Shown: positions 1 to 12,707, counted from the stretch's first letter. The stretch: DNA of 64,000 nucleotides from an uncultured delta proteobacterium (GCA_963802945.1 CAWDKY010000014.1:155855-219854); one strand, 5' to 3'. Notes: a model not told the origin generated them from the sequence alone. Numbers and translations: made by a program.

Positions 1-1
1 G

Positions 2-730
2 TCCGTTAATCAATCCTTTATGAGGAAGCTGGAAAGATACGGAGATTTCCTGAGGGGGATAAAAGGGGACAGCCCCCATGGTCAACGGACGGGCGCTGAT
101 GCCGCTTTCCCTGGGCAGGATCGCCCCTTCGGGGATAAAGGCCACCAGCCCTTTTTCGTCAAGGGCCGATCTCAACCACTCCTGGTCCTCATAGGCATCA
201 ACAAAGTGCTTTACCTTAAGTCCCATATTGGGAAACTGAAAGACCCCTTGCTGAATAACCTTGGGCAGGTCTTCAAAAAAGATGGAAACTGCCTCCATGC
301 CCTGAATGTTTCGCCCGGCAGACGGCAGGCCGACAGTCAGGCGCAGTTCCAGGGTTTCTCCGTCAATGATTACAGCCGATCGTTCCAGGATTTCCGGGCC
401 GCCGGATTCGATAAACAAATGACCTCTACTCCCTGTGTCCCGGTGTTTGGAAGAAAGGTTCTGTATGGCTTGCTGGACCTGCCGACCGATAAAATCGCAA
501 AAGCCGATCCGGCGGGTCTTGTTTTCCCACAGATCCGAAAATATCTTCCATTTTTTCAAGGAAAGGATTACCCGAAACCGGGACGGCGGGGCAAAAGGAT
601 CGGGTTGGACGCGATCGATAGACAGTTCATATTGGGAAAAAAGATAAAGGCCTTCGATATCCTGATAGGCCTTGTAGCCTTTATCATGAATACGGAACAG
701 GGTCTTTTTCAAATCATCGGCTGATTTCAT
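2..730 (-). CDS. ABC-ATPase domain-containing protein, N-terminal part (runs off window start)
   Basis: Manual translation from ATG at 730: MKSADDLKKTLFRIHDKGYKAYQDIEGLY...IDRVQPDPFAPPSRFRV...GLVAFIPEGAILPRESGIS; matches the N-terminus of the predicted ABC-class ATPase family; absent from the ORF track because no stop falls in the window. Confidence 0.8.
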   Translation of the reverse strand, partial: MKSADDLKKTLFRIHDKGYKAYQDIEGLYLFSQYELSIDRVQPDPFAPPSRFRVILSLKKWKIFSDLWENKTRRIGFCDFIGRQVQQAIQNLSSKHRDTGSRGHLFIESGGPEILERSAVIIDGETLELRLTVGLPSAGRNIQGMEAVSIFFEDLPKVIQQGVFQFPNMGLKVKHFVDAYEDQEWLRSALDEKGLVAFIPEGAILPRESGISARPLTMGAVPFYPPQEISVSFQLPHKGLING

Positions 731-873
731 GCCTTCGCTCCTAACGATTTTTTAAGATTAATATCAAAATCCGTAGAGGGTGTCATTAAAGAAATGACCC
801 AGTCCCTTTTTTCTCCTTGAACTTCCCCTTAGCATCTTTTATGCTCTTTTCAACTCAAAGGAATTTTTACTTT

Positions 874-1197
874 ATGAAGCCAACGCAAAGTATGGTACTT
901 GATTCTTATAAAGAACACTTCAAGGAAGCCTTAAATAATTACGAGAGTATTTTGGGCATCTTAGATCAATTTGAACTTGAGCTTCCCTATGACGACAATG
1001 AGTCTTTCCCGGAAGATTGGCCGGAAGATCCCACGGCCCTTTTGGGACAATATCTTGAAATCTTGGAATTTAGTGAAATAGAGGAAGATGAGTTCCGATG
1101 CAGTGTGAATGATTTGGTTGAGAGCAACGGTGCGGAATGGTTTTGGGGCAACAGGATGAGGCTGGCAGCGGAGATTGAATTTATACGCAGGTTGTAG
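874..1197 (+). CDS. hypothetical acidic protein
   Basis: ORF 817..1197, likely ATG at 874; D/E-rich, no recognised motif. Confidence 0.6.
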   Translation: MKPTQSMVLDSYKEHFKEALNNYESILGILDQFELELPYDDNESFPEDWPEDPTALLGQYLEILEFSEIEEDEFRCSVNDLVESNGAEWFWGNRMRLAAEIEFIRRL

Positions 1198-1405
1198 CCT
1201 AACAGTAAGCAAAAAATAAAAGAGGACATCCGTCCCCCCCGTATTTTATCAAGCCGTAGACTTTGATTTTTAATGCCCCGTGTGCCAGCATAGGATTCTT
1301 TACTAATTTATATTATTAATAAATAATATAATAATTATTAATTGGACAAATGCTAATTGTTTCTTTATTCTTGCCGAAAAAATATTGATTATATGAACAA
1401 AGCCC

Positions 1406-2305
1406 TTGGGAAAAATTGCCTCCATTGATATCGGTTCCAATACGTTACGATTATTAATCGCCGAAAAAACAAGGGATGGGATTCGTGCTTTTTCCCGGGA
1501 TCGGGAGATTGTCAGGTTAGGGAGAAGTTTTTATCCTAACCTGCTCCTGGCTTCCCAGGCGATGGAAGCCGCAATAACGGTCTTGAGTCGATTTAAGATC
1601 AGGACCAAGCAGGAAGGGGTGAGGAAAATCATTGCTGCCGGTACCGGGGTCCTTCGAGAGGCTAAAAATAGTTCTGATTTTCTGGAAAGGGTTAAAAGGG
1701 AAACCGGGGTATCGGTTAAGATTCTTAAAGGGACTGAGGAAGCCCGGATTATGGCTAAGGGGGTGCTTTCCGTTTTTCCTTCAACCTTTGGGAGAACTGT
1801 TATTTTTGATGTGGGCGGCGGGAGCACCGAATTTGTTGTTGTGACCGATGCGCAGATAGGCCGAAGGACCAGTTTGCCCCTTGGGGTTGTGGAATTAACC
1901 GAAAGGTTTTTAATGTCCGATCCACCGAAAAAGAAAGAAGCGGATTCTCTGAAGGTTCATTGCCAAAATATTTTAAGGAAAAATTTGCCAAAGGATGATA
2001 AAATAAATTGCTTAATTGGAACGGCAGGGACTATTACCACTTTAGCTGCAATGGTCAAAAAGCTTTCCAACTATGACCCGGAGAAGATCAATGAGACGGT
2101 ACTGACCAAAGAAAATCTTATTGAATTATCAAAAAAGATCTTAGCCCTTTCTTGTCATCAAAGGGCCGAATTGACAGGTCTGGAAACTGAAAGGGCCGAT
2201 ATCATCGGAGCCGGGATTCTGCTGGTTCTGGAGGTTATGGATTATTTTTCCAAAGAGTCCCTGCTGGTCAGTGATGCCGGGCTGTTGGAAGGATTGATTT
2301 TATAG
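1406..2305 (+). CDS. ppx: Ppx/GppA family phosphatase (short form, no HD domain)
   Basis: IDIGSNTLR, DVGGGSTE, GTAGT, RADII and GLLEG motifs. Confidence 0.9.
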   Translation: MGKIASIDIGSNTLRLLIAEKTRDGIRAFSRDREIVRLGRSFYPNLLLASQAMEAAITVLSRFKIRTKQEGVRKIIAAGTGVLREAKNSSDFLERVKRETGVSVKILKGTEEARIMAKGVLSVFPSTFGRTVIFDVGGGSTEFVVVTDAQIGRRTSLPLGVVELTERFLMSDPPKKKEADSLKVHCQNILRKNLPKDDKINCLIGTAGTITTLAAMVKKLSNYDPEKINETVLTKENLIELSKKILALSCHQRAELTGLETERADIIGAGILLVLEVMDYFSKESLLVSDAGLLEGLIL

Positions 2306-2306
2306 A

Positions 2307-3927
<1,621 letters not shown>

Positions 3928-3932
3928 ATAGA

Positions 3933-4402
3933 GGTTCACGGTTCATGGTTTAAGGTTCAAGGTATAAATCTTAGGTGCATGAGAGACAGAATAAGTGGGG
4001 AATTTTATCGAACTAAAAGTCTGGCAACGATCTAAGGATTTATCCGTATTTATTTATCAGTTGACCAACCAAGGCTTTTTTCTAAAGATTTTGGTTTGAG
4101 AGATCAGATTCGCCGTGCCGCGGTATCCGTTCCGAGCAATATCGCCGAAGGGGATGAATTAAGAACAAACAAACAATCTGTTCAATACTTTTTTATGGCC
4201 AAAGGTTCTTTAGCTGAACTTTTAACCCAAGCATTTATTTCTTTTGAGATAGGGTATATAAGCCAAGAAAAGTTCTACTATATAAAGAATGAATGCCAGG
4301 CCATTTCAAGCATGTTGACAAAGTTGATTCATGCTAGATCTAAGGCATTATCCATTGATTCTTAATCTTTAACCGTAGACCTTAAACCTTGAACCGTAAG
4401 CC
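3933..4402. repeat. Five-unit heptamer inverted arms (3933-3967 and 4368-4402) enclosing the four-helix-bundle gene
   Basis: Left ggttcac ggttcat ggtttaa ggttcaa ggtataa; reverse complement of right arm ggcttac ggttcaa ggtttaa ggtctac ggttaaa. Confidence 0.9.
3995..4365 (+). CDS. Four helix bundle protein (23S rRNA IVP/bAvd-like family), one frameshift in a T run near 4080
   Basis: GTG 3995 gives MGNFIELKVWQRSKDLSVFIYQLTNQGFF; one added T continues SKDFGLRDQIRRAAVSVPSNIAEG, the family signature. Confidence 0.88.
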
Positions 4403-4418
4403 AATTTTTTAGAAACCC

Positions 4419-5978
4419 ATGGACATTCACAGTCAAAAAGTCCTGATCCTTGATTTTGGTTCTCAAACGACCCAGCTTATTGCCCGTCGGGTCCGGGAGG
4501 CCAGGGTGTATTGCGAAATCCATCCCTTTAACTGGCCTCTGGGAAAAATTAAGGCCTTTGATCCCAAAGGGATCATCCTTTCCGGAAGTCCGGCCAGTGT
4601 GTATGATCCCAAGGCCCCTTTTCCGGATCCCGGCATTCTGGAATTGGGCGTTCCAGTATTGGGGATTTGCTATGGTATGCAATGGATCACCCAGCAACTA
4701 AAAGGCCGGGTGGGCCGATCGGCCCACCGGGAATACGGCCGGGTGGAACTTACCTTTCTGGATTTTCAGGATCTCTTTTTCGGGCTCGACAAAGGAATAA
4801 AAACCCAAAGCCGGATCGTCTGGATGAGCCATGGGGACCGAATTGAACGTCTCCCCAAAGGTTTTTCGGTTATTGCCCGAAGTCAAAATGCCCCGATAGC
4901 GGCCATGTGCAATCAGAAAAGGTCCATCTTCGGGGTTCAATTTCACCCCGAGGTGGTTCATACCCCGGCCGGGCATCGCATACTGAAAAATTTTCTTTTT
5001 AGGGTCTGCCGCTTGAAACCACTTTGGACTTCCAGTTCTTTTATTAAGCACACCATCTCTCAAGTCCGGCAACAGGTGGGGGAGGACAAAGTCATCTGCG
5101 CCCTTTCCGGCGGGGTGGATTCCTCAGTGGTGGCCGTTCTGCTGCGTCAGGCCATTGGAAAACAGTTGACCTGTGTTTTTGTCAACAACGGCGTGCTTAG
5201 GAGTGGAGAGGCCGAAAAAGTAGTCCGGATCTTTCGGGGCCATTACCACATTCCCCTGGTTTATGTTGATGCCTCCCGGTCTTTTCTTTTAAAACTTAAA
5301 GGTATTATCGACCCGGAAAAAAAGCGGACCATTATCGGCCATGAATTTATCCGCATCTTTGAAGCCGAAGCCAAAAAGATCGGTTCGGTTCGTTTCCTGG
5401 CCCAGGGGACCCTCTATCCGGACGTGATCGAATCGGTCTCCTTTAAAGGCCCTTCAGCCACTATCAAGACCCATCATAATGTGGGCGGACTTCCGGCGCG
5501 CATGAAATTGAAGCTGATCGAACCCCTAAGGGAATTATTTAAAGATGAAGTCCGAGAAGTGGGCCGCAATCTGGGTATGCCTGAAGAAATAGTCAGCCGG
5601 CAGCCATTCCCAGGTCCCGGGTTGGCGATACGTATTCTGGGAGAGGTGACCGAGGCCCGTTTGAAAATCCTTCGCCAGGCTGATACCATTGTTTGGGAGG
5701 AGATGCGAAAGGCCGATCTTTATACCAAGGTCTGGCAGTCTTTCGCTGTTTTGCTGCCCGTTAAGACCGTAGGCGTCATGGGGGACGAACGGACTTACGA
5801 AAATGTCATTGCCCTGCGTATCGTTGACAGCCTGGATGCCATGACCGCCGATTGGAGCCGCATCCCTTACGGTTTATTAGGTCAGGTGTCCAATCGGATC
5901 ATCAATGAAGTCAAAGGAGTCAATCGTGTTGTCTTTGATGTCTCTTCCAAACCTCCCAGCACGATCGAATGGGAGTAA
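4419..5978 (+). CDS. guaA: GMP synthase (glutamine-hydrolysing)
   Basis: ILDFGSQ, GICYGMQ, QFHPE, LSGGVDS, C-terminal KPPSTIEWE. Confidence 0.97.
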   Translation: MDIHSQKVLILDFGSQTTQLIARRVREARVYCEIHPFNWPLGKIKAFDPKGIILSGSPASVYDPKAPFPDPGILELGVPVLGICYGMQWITQQLKGRVGRSAHREYGRVELTFLDFQDLFFGLDKGIKTQSRIVWMSHGDRIERLPKGFSVIARSQNAPIAAMCNQKRSIFGVQFHPEVVHTPAGHRILKNFLFRVCRLKPLWTSSSFIKHTISQVRQQVGEDKVICALSGGVDSSVVAVLLRQAIGKQLTCVFVNNGVLRSGEAEKVVRIFRGHYHIPLVYVDASRSFLLKLKGIIDPEKKRTIIGHEFIRIFEAEAKKIGSVRFLAQGTLYPDVIESVSFKGPSATIKTHHNVGGLPARMKLKLIEPLRELFKDEVREVGRNLGMPEEIVSRQPFPGPGLAIRILGEVTEARLKILRQADTIVWEEMRKADLYTKVWQSFAVLLPVKTVGVMGDERTYENVIALRIVDSLDAMTADWSRIPYGLLGQVSNRIINEVKGVNRVVFDVSSKPPSTIEWE

Positions 5979-5980
5979 TC

Positions 5981-6150
5981 AGTTCGGAGTTTTGAGTTCG
6001 GAGTAAAAACCAGCAATTCAAAAAAAGTAATATGAATGATTGGCAGTTGACTCCGAACTCTGAACTCCAAACTCAATTCGTCAAAGGACGAACGTTTTTC
6101 ATTGAACTTTGAATCTTGTACCTAGAACCGTAAACCGTAAACCTTACACC
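5981..6150. repeat. AGTTCGG-type heptamer hairpin followed by a lone TTGAACC-type arm
   Basis: agttcgg agttttg agttcgg ... actccga actctga actccaa; then attgaac tttgaat cttgtac ctagaac cgtaaac cgtaaac. Confidence 0.8.
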
Positions 6151-6161
6151 GGGATTTAATT

Positions 6162-9100
6162 ATGCCGCACGCCCCTTTTGTTCATCTCCATCTCCATACC
6201 CAGTACAGTCTGCTGGATGGAGAGATCCGACTGAAAGGGTTGTTTGAAAAGGCCAAGGCCTTCAAGTTGCCGGCCATTGCCATGACCGATCACGGCAACC
6301 TCTTCGGCACGGTGGATTTTTATAAACAGGCCCAAAACCACGGATTAAAACCCATCATCGGCTGCGAAGTCTATGTGGCCCCGGGAAGCCGTCTGCAAAA
6401 AGAAACCCAACCCCATCAGGAAAATGCCTTTCATCTGGTTCTGCTTTGCAAGAATGAAAAAGGATATCACAACCTGATCCAATTAGTAAGCCGGGCCTAT
6501 TTTGAAGGTTTTTACTACAGACCCCGGATTGATCGGGAACTGCTGAAGGAATATCATAAAGGATTGATTGCCATGACGGCCTGCCTTCATGGGGAGATCC
6601 CTTATTATCTCCTCCAAGGAGACTTCGACCGGGCCTTGAGCCATGCCCGGGAATTGGCCGAAATATTCGATCAGGATCGGTTTTATCTGGAACTTCAAAA
6701 AAACGATATTCCGGATCAGGAGATCGTCAACAAAGGTCTGCTGGAAATCCACCATCAACTGGGTATCCCCATCGTAGCCACCAATGATTGCCATTACTTG
6801 ACCCAGGAAGAGGCCAAGGCCCACGATGTCTTGCTCTGTATCCAGACCGGCAAGACCGTAGACGATCCCAACCGGCTGCGATTTTCCAGTAATCAACTCT
6901 ACTTCAAATCCCCGGAAGAGATGGCAGTTCTCTTTGCCGACCTGCCGGAGGCCGTACAAAATACATTGCATATTGCCGATCGATGCAATCTGGAATTGAC
7001 CTTCGGTCATTCGCATCTTCCTCGCTATCCTTTGCCGCAAGGAGAGACCATGGATAGTCGTCTCAAAAAGGATGCCCGCTTAGGTCTGGAAGAACGGCTG
7101 GCCGTGAAGGAACAACTGGATCCAACCTTCTCCCCGTCCCGTTCTCAAGAATATCAGGATCGTCTGGAAAAAGAACTGTCGGTAATCACTTCCACAGGGT
7201 TTTCCGGATATTTTCTGGTGGTGTCCGATTATGTGCGTTTTGCCAAAGATAAAAAGATTCCAGTTGGGCCGGGCCGGGGTTCCGGGGCCGGGAGCCTGGT
7301 GGCCTACGCCTTAAAGATCACCGATATCGACCCTCTGGATTATGGCTTGATTTTCGAGCGGTTCCTGAATATGGAACGGAAAGAGTTGCCGGATATCGAT
7401 GTGGATTTTTGTGTGGAACGAAGAGATGAGGTTCTTAAATACATCGCCGAGAAATACGGCCAGGAGCATGTGGCCCAGATCATCACCTTTGGTAAGATGC
7501 AGGCCCGGGCCGTCATTCGGGATGTGGGCCGGGCCTTGAATATCCCTTATGGCGAGGTGGATAAAATCGCCAAATTGATTCCCTCCGTATTGAACATCAC
7601 CTTAAGCGAAGCCTTGGAGATGGAGCCGCGACTGAAGGAACTCAAGGAATCCGACCCGACCATCAAAGAACTGCTGACTATTGCCGAGGCCCTGGAAGGC
7701 TTGCCCCGTCATGCCTCCACCCATGCCGCCGGGGTGGTTATTTCTCCTCATCCGATTACCGAAACCGTTCCCTTGTATAAAGGGCCCAAGGGAGAAACCC
7801 TGACCCAGTATGAAATGAAATCGGTCCAAGATATGGGGCTGATCAAATTCGATCTCCTGGGATTGAACAACCTGACCATCATCGAATATGCCTTGAGGAC
7901 CATAAAGCGAACACACGATCAACCCATCGATCTGTCTCGTATCCCTCTGGATGATCCGGCCACCTATGAGCTATTGGGACGGGGGGATACTACCGGGGTG
8001 TTTCAATTGGAAAGCTCGGGCATGAAAGACTTGCTGGTCAGGAGTAAACCACAAACTTTTGAAGACCTCATTGCCCTCAATGCCCTTTACCGTCCCGGGC
8101 CTTTAAAAAGCGGTATGGTTGCTGATTATGTGAAGAGAAAACACGGGGAAGTGCCTATCGAATATCCCCATCCGCTTTTGGAAGGGGTTTTGAAAGAAAC
8201 CATGGGCATCATTGTTTATCAGGAACAGGTTATGCAAATCGCCGCCCTGCTGGCTGACTATTCCCTGGGAGAGGCCGATACTTTACGGAAGGCCATGGGT
8301 AAAAAAATATTTGAAGTCATGGCTCAACAGCGAACCCGCTTTCTGGAAGGAACCAAAAAGAAACGGATCGATCAGAAAAAGGCCGGCGAAATTTTTGACA
8401 AAATGGAAACCTTCGGCGGGTATGGGTTCAATAAATCCCACAGTGCCGCCTATGCCTTGATCACTTACCAAACCGCTTATCTGAAGGCCCATTATCCTTT
8501 GGATTTCATGGTCGCCCTGATGACCAGCAAGATGGGTAATTCCTCGGAAGTGACCAAGTGTATTGCCGAATGCCGGGAAAAAGGGATTGTGGTCCTGCCG
8601 CCGGATGTCAATCTGAGCCACTTGGATTTCACAGTCGTGGGAGACAATATTCGTTTTGGGCTGGCCGCAGTCAAAAATGTGGGGGCCGGGGCGATAGAGT
8701 CCATCCTGGAAGCCAGGAACAAAGGGGGAGAGTTTAAATCCTTGATCGATTTTTGCCGGAGAGTGGATCTTCGCCGGGTGAACCGGAGGGTGGCGGAGAG
8801 TCTGATCAAGTGCGGGGCCTTTGATTCCCTGGGGGTGGCCCGGTCCAGGCTGATGGCTTTTTTGCCTGAAGCCTTGGATATAGGACAACAACGGCAAAAA
8901 GAAGAGACTGAAAACCAGTTCAGCCTTTTTGCCATGGCCGGAGATACGGGTTTGACCCACCCGGATATCGAACCCCCTATGGTTGAAGAGTGGAGAGAAA
9001 GCCAGAAACTCTCCTATGAAAAGGAAATCCTGGGGTTTTATATTACCGGTCATCCCTTGACCCGCTATACCGAGACCCTGCAAGATTTGAAAACAGTGGA

Positions 9101-9710
9101 CATCCAAAACTTGTCCGAACTGGAAGATAAAGAAAATGTGCGTCTGGCCGGAATGGTTGCGGCCTTAAAAGAGATCAACAGCAAAAAAGGGGAGCGGATG
9201 GCTTTCGCCACGATTGAAGACCTGACCGGTTCCTGTGAAGTCATCATTTTTTCGGACATCTTTCGAAAATGTTCACAGGTGTTGAAAGATGAAGGACCTT
9301 TATGGGTCAGCGGTATCACGACCAAAGATGAAAAAGGGATTAAGGTGATTGCTAATGATGTACTCCCGCTGGCCGATGCTGAAGAAAAAATGGCGCAACA
9401 AGCGGTTCTTAAGATTGCGGTTGACGGTCTGACCCGGGATCAGATTTTATTGTTAAATGATTTTTTAAAAGATCATCCCGGTTCCTGTCCGGTCCAGATT
9501 TGCGCCTGCCTGCCTGATCAAAGTCAGATTCTTCTGAATCTTCCTGAAACCCGAACGATCCGGCCCTCAGTTCGATTAAGACGGGAGTTGAAGGGACTTG
9601 CCTGCAATCCTATTCTGGAAGTGGTGTATTCCTATGAATCTATATCCACCAGCGGTGTATCTTCCGGTCGCTCCAGATATAATAAAAGAAATGGTGAGGG
9701 TTTGACATAA
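6162..9710 (+). CDS. dnaE: DNA polymerase III alpha subunit
   Basis: PHP domain HLHLHTQYSLLDG, GPGRGSGAGS, PDIDVDF, GFNKSH, C-terminal OB fold. Confidence 0.97.
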   Translation: MPHAPFVHLHLHTQYSLLDGEIRLKGLFEKAKAFKLPAIAMTDHGNLFGTVDFYKQAQNHGLKPIIGCEVYVAPGSRLQKETQPHQENAFHLVLLCKNEKGYHNLIQLVSRAYFEGFYYRPRIDRELLKEYHKGLIAMTACLHGEIPYYLLQGDFDRALSHARELAEIFDQDRFYLELQKNDIPDQEIVNKGLLEIHHQLGIPIVATNDCHYLTQEEAKAHDVLLCIQTGKTVDDPNRLRFSSNQLYFKSPEEMAVLFADLPEAVQNTLHIADRCNLELTFGHSHLPRYPLPQGETMDSRLKKDARLGLEERLAVKEQLDPTFSPSRSQEYQDRLEKELSVITSTGFSGYFLVVSDYVRFAKDKKIPVGPGRGSGAGSLVAYALKITDIDPLDYGLIFERFLNMERKELPDIDVDFCVERRDEVLKYIAEKYGQEHVAQIITFGKMQARAVIRDVGRALNIPYGEVDKIAKLIPSVLNITLSEALEMEPRLKELKESDPTIKELLTIAEALEGLPRHASTHAAGVVISPHPITETVPLYKGPKGETLTQYEMKSVQDMGLIKFDLLGLNNLTIIEYALRTIKRTHDQPIDLSRIPLDDPATYELLGRGDTTGVFQLESSGMKDLLVRSKPQTFEDLIALNALYRPGPLKSGMVADYVKRKHGEVPIEYPHPLLEGVLKETMGIIVYQEQVMQIAALLADYSLGEADTLRKAMGKKIFEVMAQQRTRFLEGTKKKRIDQKKAGEIFDKMETFGGYGFNKSHSAAYALITYQTAYLKAHYPLDFMVALMTSKMGNSSEVTKCIAECREKGIVVLPPDVNLSHLDFTVVGDNIRFGLAAVKNVGAGAIESILEARNKGGEFKSLIDFCRRVDLRRVNRRVAESLIKCGAFDSLGVARSRLMAFLPEALDIGQQRQKEETENQFSLFAMAGDTGLTHPDIEPPMVEEWRESQKLSYEKEILGFYITGHPLTRYTETLQDLKTVDIQNLSELEDKENVRLAGMVAALKEINSKKGERMAFATIEDLTGSCEVIIFSDIFRKCSQVLKDEGPLWVSGITTKDEKGIKVIANDVLPLADAEEKMAQQAVLKIAVDGLTRDQILLLNDFLKDHPGSCPVQICACLPDQSQILLNLPETRTIRPSVRLRRELKGLACNPILEVVYSYESISTSGVSSGRSRYNKRNGEGLT

Positions 9711-9713
9711 GTA

Positions 9714-9900
9714 TTGAAGGATTCAAGGGGTCAGTACTATGTTCGGAGTTATTAGTTCGGAGTAAAACCAACCCCTTTTAACTCTAAAGGATAATGCTGG
9801 ACAATAAATAGTTTACACCAAACGCCAAACGCTTTATTCTTAAAGTTTGGCGAAAACCGAACCTTGTACCTTGGTCCTTAAACCGTATACCGTCCACCTT
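9714..9900. repeat. Mixed 8-bp and 7-bp tandem repeat arms
   Basis: attgaagg attcaagg; gttcgga gttatta gttcgga; ccttgta ccttggt ccttaaa ccgtata ccgtcca. Confidence 0.7.
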
Positions 9901-9905
9901 ATTTT

Positions 9906-10635
9906 ATGCCCAACTATCAAGAGCGGTTCTATCGCAGCAAAATCAGTTCTCCGGATTGGATTTCTTTTACTATCCAGGTGAAAGAAAGCGACCTGTGGGT
10001 GCGGGCCAGGAAAGATCTTTCGGCCGAGGGGTATGAACGGGTTTTTCAATACCGTCATGCCCTGGAAACCTATATCCACCAAAACCCCGATTTTAAGGAT
10101 TCGCTTGCGCCCTTAGCTCTGGATCCTCTGGCCCCCTCCATTGTACAAGCCATGCTTCAATCCGGGCAAAGTGGCCGGGGTCGGCCCCATGGCCGCAGTA
10201 GCCGGAGCCATCGCCGAGTTTGTCGGCAAGGATCTACTGGCCTTTTCCCCGGACGTTATTATAGAAAATGGAGGGGATTTATTTATCGTCTGCAACGAAT
10301 CCTTGACGGTTGGGATCTATGCCGGGGAGTCTCCTTTAAGCGGACGGGTGGGAATTCAGTTGACCCCTTCCGACAGGCCGGTGGGATTATGCACTTCTTC
10401 CGGGACCGTTGGTCATTCCCTAAGCTTCGGCCGGGCCGATGCAGTGACTATTTTATCTCCATCGGCCGTGCTTTCCGATGCCGTAGCCACGGCGGTTGGG
10501 AACCGGGTTCGTACAAAAAATGATATTCAACCGGCCTTGGATTGGGCACAAACGATCCCGGAGATTGAAGGGGCCTTGATTATTTGTGGAGATCAGATGG
10601 GGGTTTGGGGAGATTTGGAATTGGTGACCCTATAG
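9906..10635 (+). CDS. UPF0280 / ApbE-superfamily protein, frameshift near 10168
   Basis: N-half YQERFYR...VKESDL joins GVGPMAAVAGAIAE, IENGGD, CTSSGTVGHSLSFGRADA in another frame. Confidence 0.85.
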
Positions 10636-10642
10636 AGTGTTT

Positions 10643-10723
10643 AGTTCGGAGTTGGAAGTTAGGAAGAAGCATTCTTTAATGGGGGATTTTTACTACGAAC
10701 TCTGAACCCTAAACTCCGAACTT
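10643..10723. repeat. AGTTCGG-type heptamer hairpin
   Basis: agttcgg agttgga agttagg ... ctacgaa ctctgaa ccctaaa ctccgaa. Confidence 0.8.
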
Positions 10724-10751
10724 TATTTTTTAGAAGCAGAGGATTACGAAT

Positions 10752-11621
10752 ATGAAAAATAGCAAGTTTTTATTCTTATCAATAATTATATTACTCGCCG
10801 CCCTTTGGGGCTGTGGGACGGTTCCCATAGGCAAAGAACGCAAGGGCCCTCCCAAGATCGCTCTCGTTTTAGGGGGCGGATCGTCCAGAGGATTTGCCCA
10901 TGTGGGGGTTATCCGGGTTCTGGAGCAGGAAAAGATACCTATCCACATGATCGTCGGGACCAGTGTGGGCAGTCTGATCGGGGCCTTGTATGCCTCTGAT
11001 CCCAATAGCCTCAATCTGGAATGGATTTCTTTCAGTATAGAAAAGGATGACATCTTTGATTATTCGGTGATTTATTCCAAGATGGGACCCGTTCAGGGGG
11101 AGCGGCTGGAAAAGTTCATCCAGACCAATGTCAGAGCCAAAACCCTGGAGCAGATGAAGATTCCTTTTTATGCCGTAGCCACGGATCTGAACGAAGGCAA
11201 CACCTGGGTCTTTGAAAAAGGATCAGTGGCCAAGGCCGTGCGGGCCAGTTGTTCCATCCCGGGTGTCTTCCAGCCGCTGGAATTGGGCGGGAAGATGTAT
11301 GTGGACGGCGGGGTGACCGACAATCTGCCGGTGGATGTGGCCCGGGCCAAAGGTGCCGATATCATCATCGCCGTCAATATTTCCAAAAATATCCGGAACC
11401 CTCAGATCAATAATTTAATCGATGTCATCATGCAATCCATCAGTATCATGGGCCGGGAATTGGTCACTTATAAATCCAGAGGATATGATGTGCTTATTGA
11501 ACCCAATGTGGGGGACGTGGGTATGACTGATTTCACCCAGAAAAAAAGATTGATGGATGCCGGGATTCAGGCGGCCAGACAAGCTATGCCGAAAATTCGG
11601 AAACTGATTGAAGAAAGATAG
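10752..11621 (+). CDS. Patatin-like phospholipase, probable lipoprotein
   Basis: Lipobox LWGC, GGGSSRG, GTSVG nucleophile elbow, DGG. Confidence 0.9.
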   Translation: MKNSKFLFLSIIILLAALWGCGTVPIGKERKGPPKIALVLGGGSSRGFAHVGVIRVLEQEKIPIHMIVGTSVGSLIGALYASDPNSLNLEWISFSIEKDDIFDYSVIYSKMGPVQGERLEKFIQTNVRAKTLEQMKIPFYAVATDLNEGNTWVFEKGSVAKAVRASCSIPGVFQPLELGGKMYVDGGVTDNLPVDVARAKGADIIIAVNISKNIRNPQINNLIDVIMQSISIMGRELVTYKSRGYDVLIEPNVGDVGMTDFTQKKRLMDAGIQAARQAMPKIRKLIEER

Positions 11622-11764
11622 TCACTTAAAAGGGTTCGAGGATTCCAGGATTCAAGAGGTCGAGAGTGGCAAATCTGAAGGTCTTTCATTTTAATCCATG
11701 CACCTTTGAATTCTAAAATTAATTTTTCTGCTTCGTGGTGCCCCAAAGTGGCATGAAGGTTTTT

Positions 11765-12679
11765 ATGAAAAAAGGTGTTCATCTCTGGATAGGTTTGGGT
11801 TGCCTGTTGCTTTTTCAGGCGGCCCTTTTCTTAAGAATCGAGTCGGTGACCACCTATTTTTATTCTCTGATCTGGTGGTCGTATATCGTTATGATCGATG
11901 GCATTATTTACCGGCTCCGAGGAAACTCGCTGATCGTCAACCGGACCCAGAAGTTTTTTCTTTTAATCCCTTGGTCGGTGGCGATCTGGCTTGTATTTGA
12001 AGGATTTAATCTGGTTTTGAAAAATTGGTATTATGTAGGGGTGCCGAAAGAAATTTTTTTACGCTGGCCCGGATATTTTGTGGCTTACGGCACGGTCCTG
12101 CCTGCCATCCTGGAAACCCGAGATCTTTTATTCACTTTGGGGATTTTTGCAAAAAGTCGTTTAACCCCCATTCCGGTTCAGGATTCCTGGTACAGACCTT
12201 TGATTATTACTGGGACCTTGTGCCTAATACTTCCCTTGTTTTTCCCGCGATATGGCTTTCCCTTGGTTTGGCTGGGTTTTATTTTTCTTCTGGAGCCTTT
12301 CAATCATCGCACCGGAAGACCTTCTTTGTTGACAGATCTTAAGGGGGGGGAAACCGGAAATTTGTCTCAACTCTTGCTTTCAGGGATGATTTGCGGTCTC
12401 CTTTGGGAATTCTGGAATTTTTGGGCCGAGGCCAAATGGGTTTACACCGTTCCCTGGGTTGAGGATATTAAGTTGTTTGAAATGCCGGCCCTGGGTTTTT
12501 TCGGTTTTCCTCCTTTTGCTGTAGAATGTTTTGTCCTGGTTCATTTTTTGAGGTTGTTTGAATCCCGACCGGCAGGGAAAAAGAAAATTTTCTGGCAGGC
12601 CGTTCCCTTATGGCTTCTTTTCTATGGGGTCATGTTTGCGGCTATAGATTCTTACACTGTTCATTCGTATGGTCAGTAA
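11765..12679 (+). CDS. Conserved multi-pass membrane protein of unknown function
   Basis: About nine hydrophobic segments, Trp-rich GLLWEFWNFWA and FEMPALGFFGFPPFAVE motifs; start 11753 or 11765. Confidence 0.7.
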   Translation: MKKGVHLWIGLGCLLLFQAALFLRIESVTTYFYSLIWWSYIVMIDGIIYRLRGNSLIVNRTQKFFLLIPWSVAIWLVFEGFNLVLKNWYYVGVPKEIFLRWPGYFVAYGTVLPAILETRDLLFTLGIFAKSRLTPIPVQDSWYRPLIITGTLCLILPLFFPRYGFPLVWLGFIFLLEPFNHRTGRPSLLTDLKGGETGNLSQLLLSGMICGLLWEFWNFWAEAKWVYTVPWVEDIKLFEMPALGFFGFPPFAVECFVLVHFLRLFESRPAGKKKIFWQAVPLWLLFYGVMFAAIDSYTVHSYGQ

Positions 12680-12707
12680 ACTGTCTTCTGGGGGGAACAC
12701 AGGAAAG

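Noticed and set aside
20-724. 234-aa plus-strand ORF
   Set aside because: Antisense shadow of the minus-strand ABC-ATPase gene
3995-4365. Diversity-generating retroelement, given the bAvd-like fold
   Set aside because: No reverse transcriptase and no TR/VR pair with adenine-specific mismatches in the window
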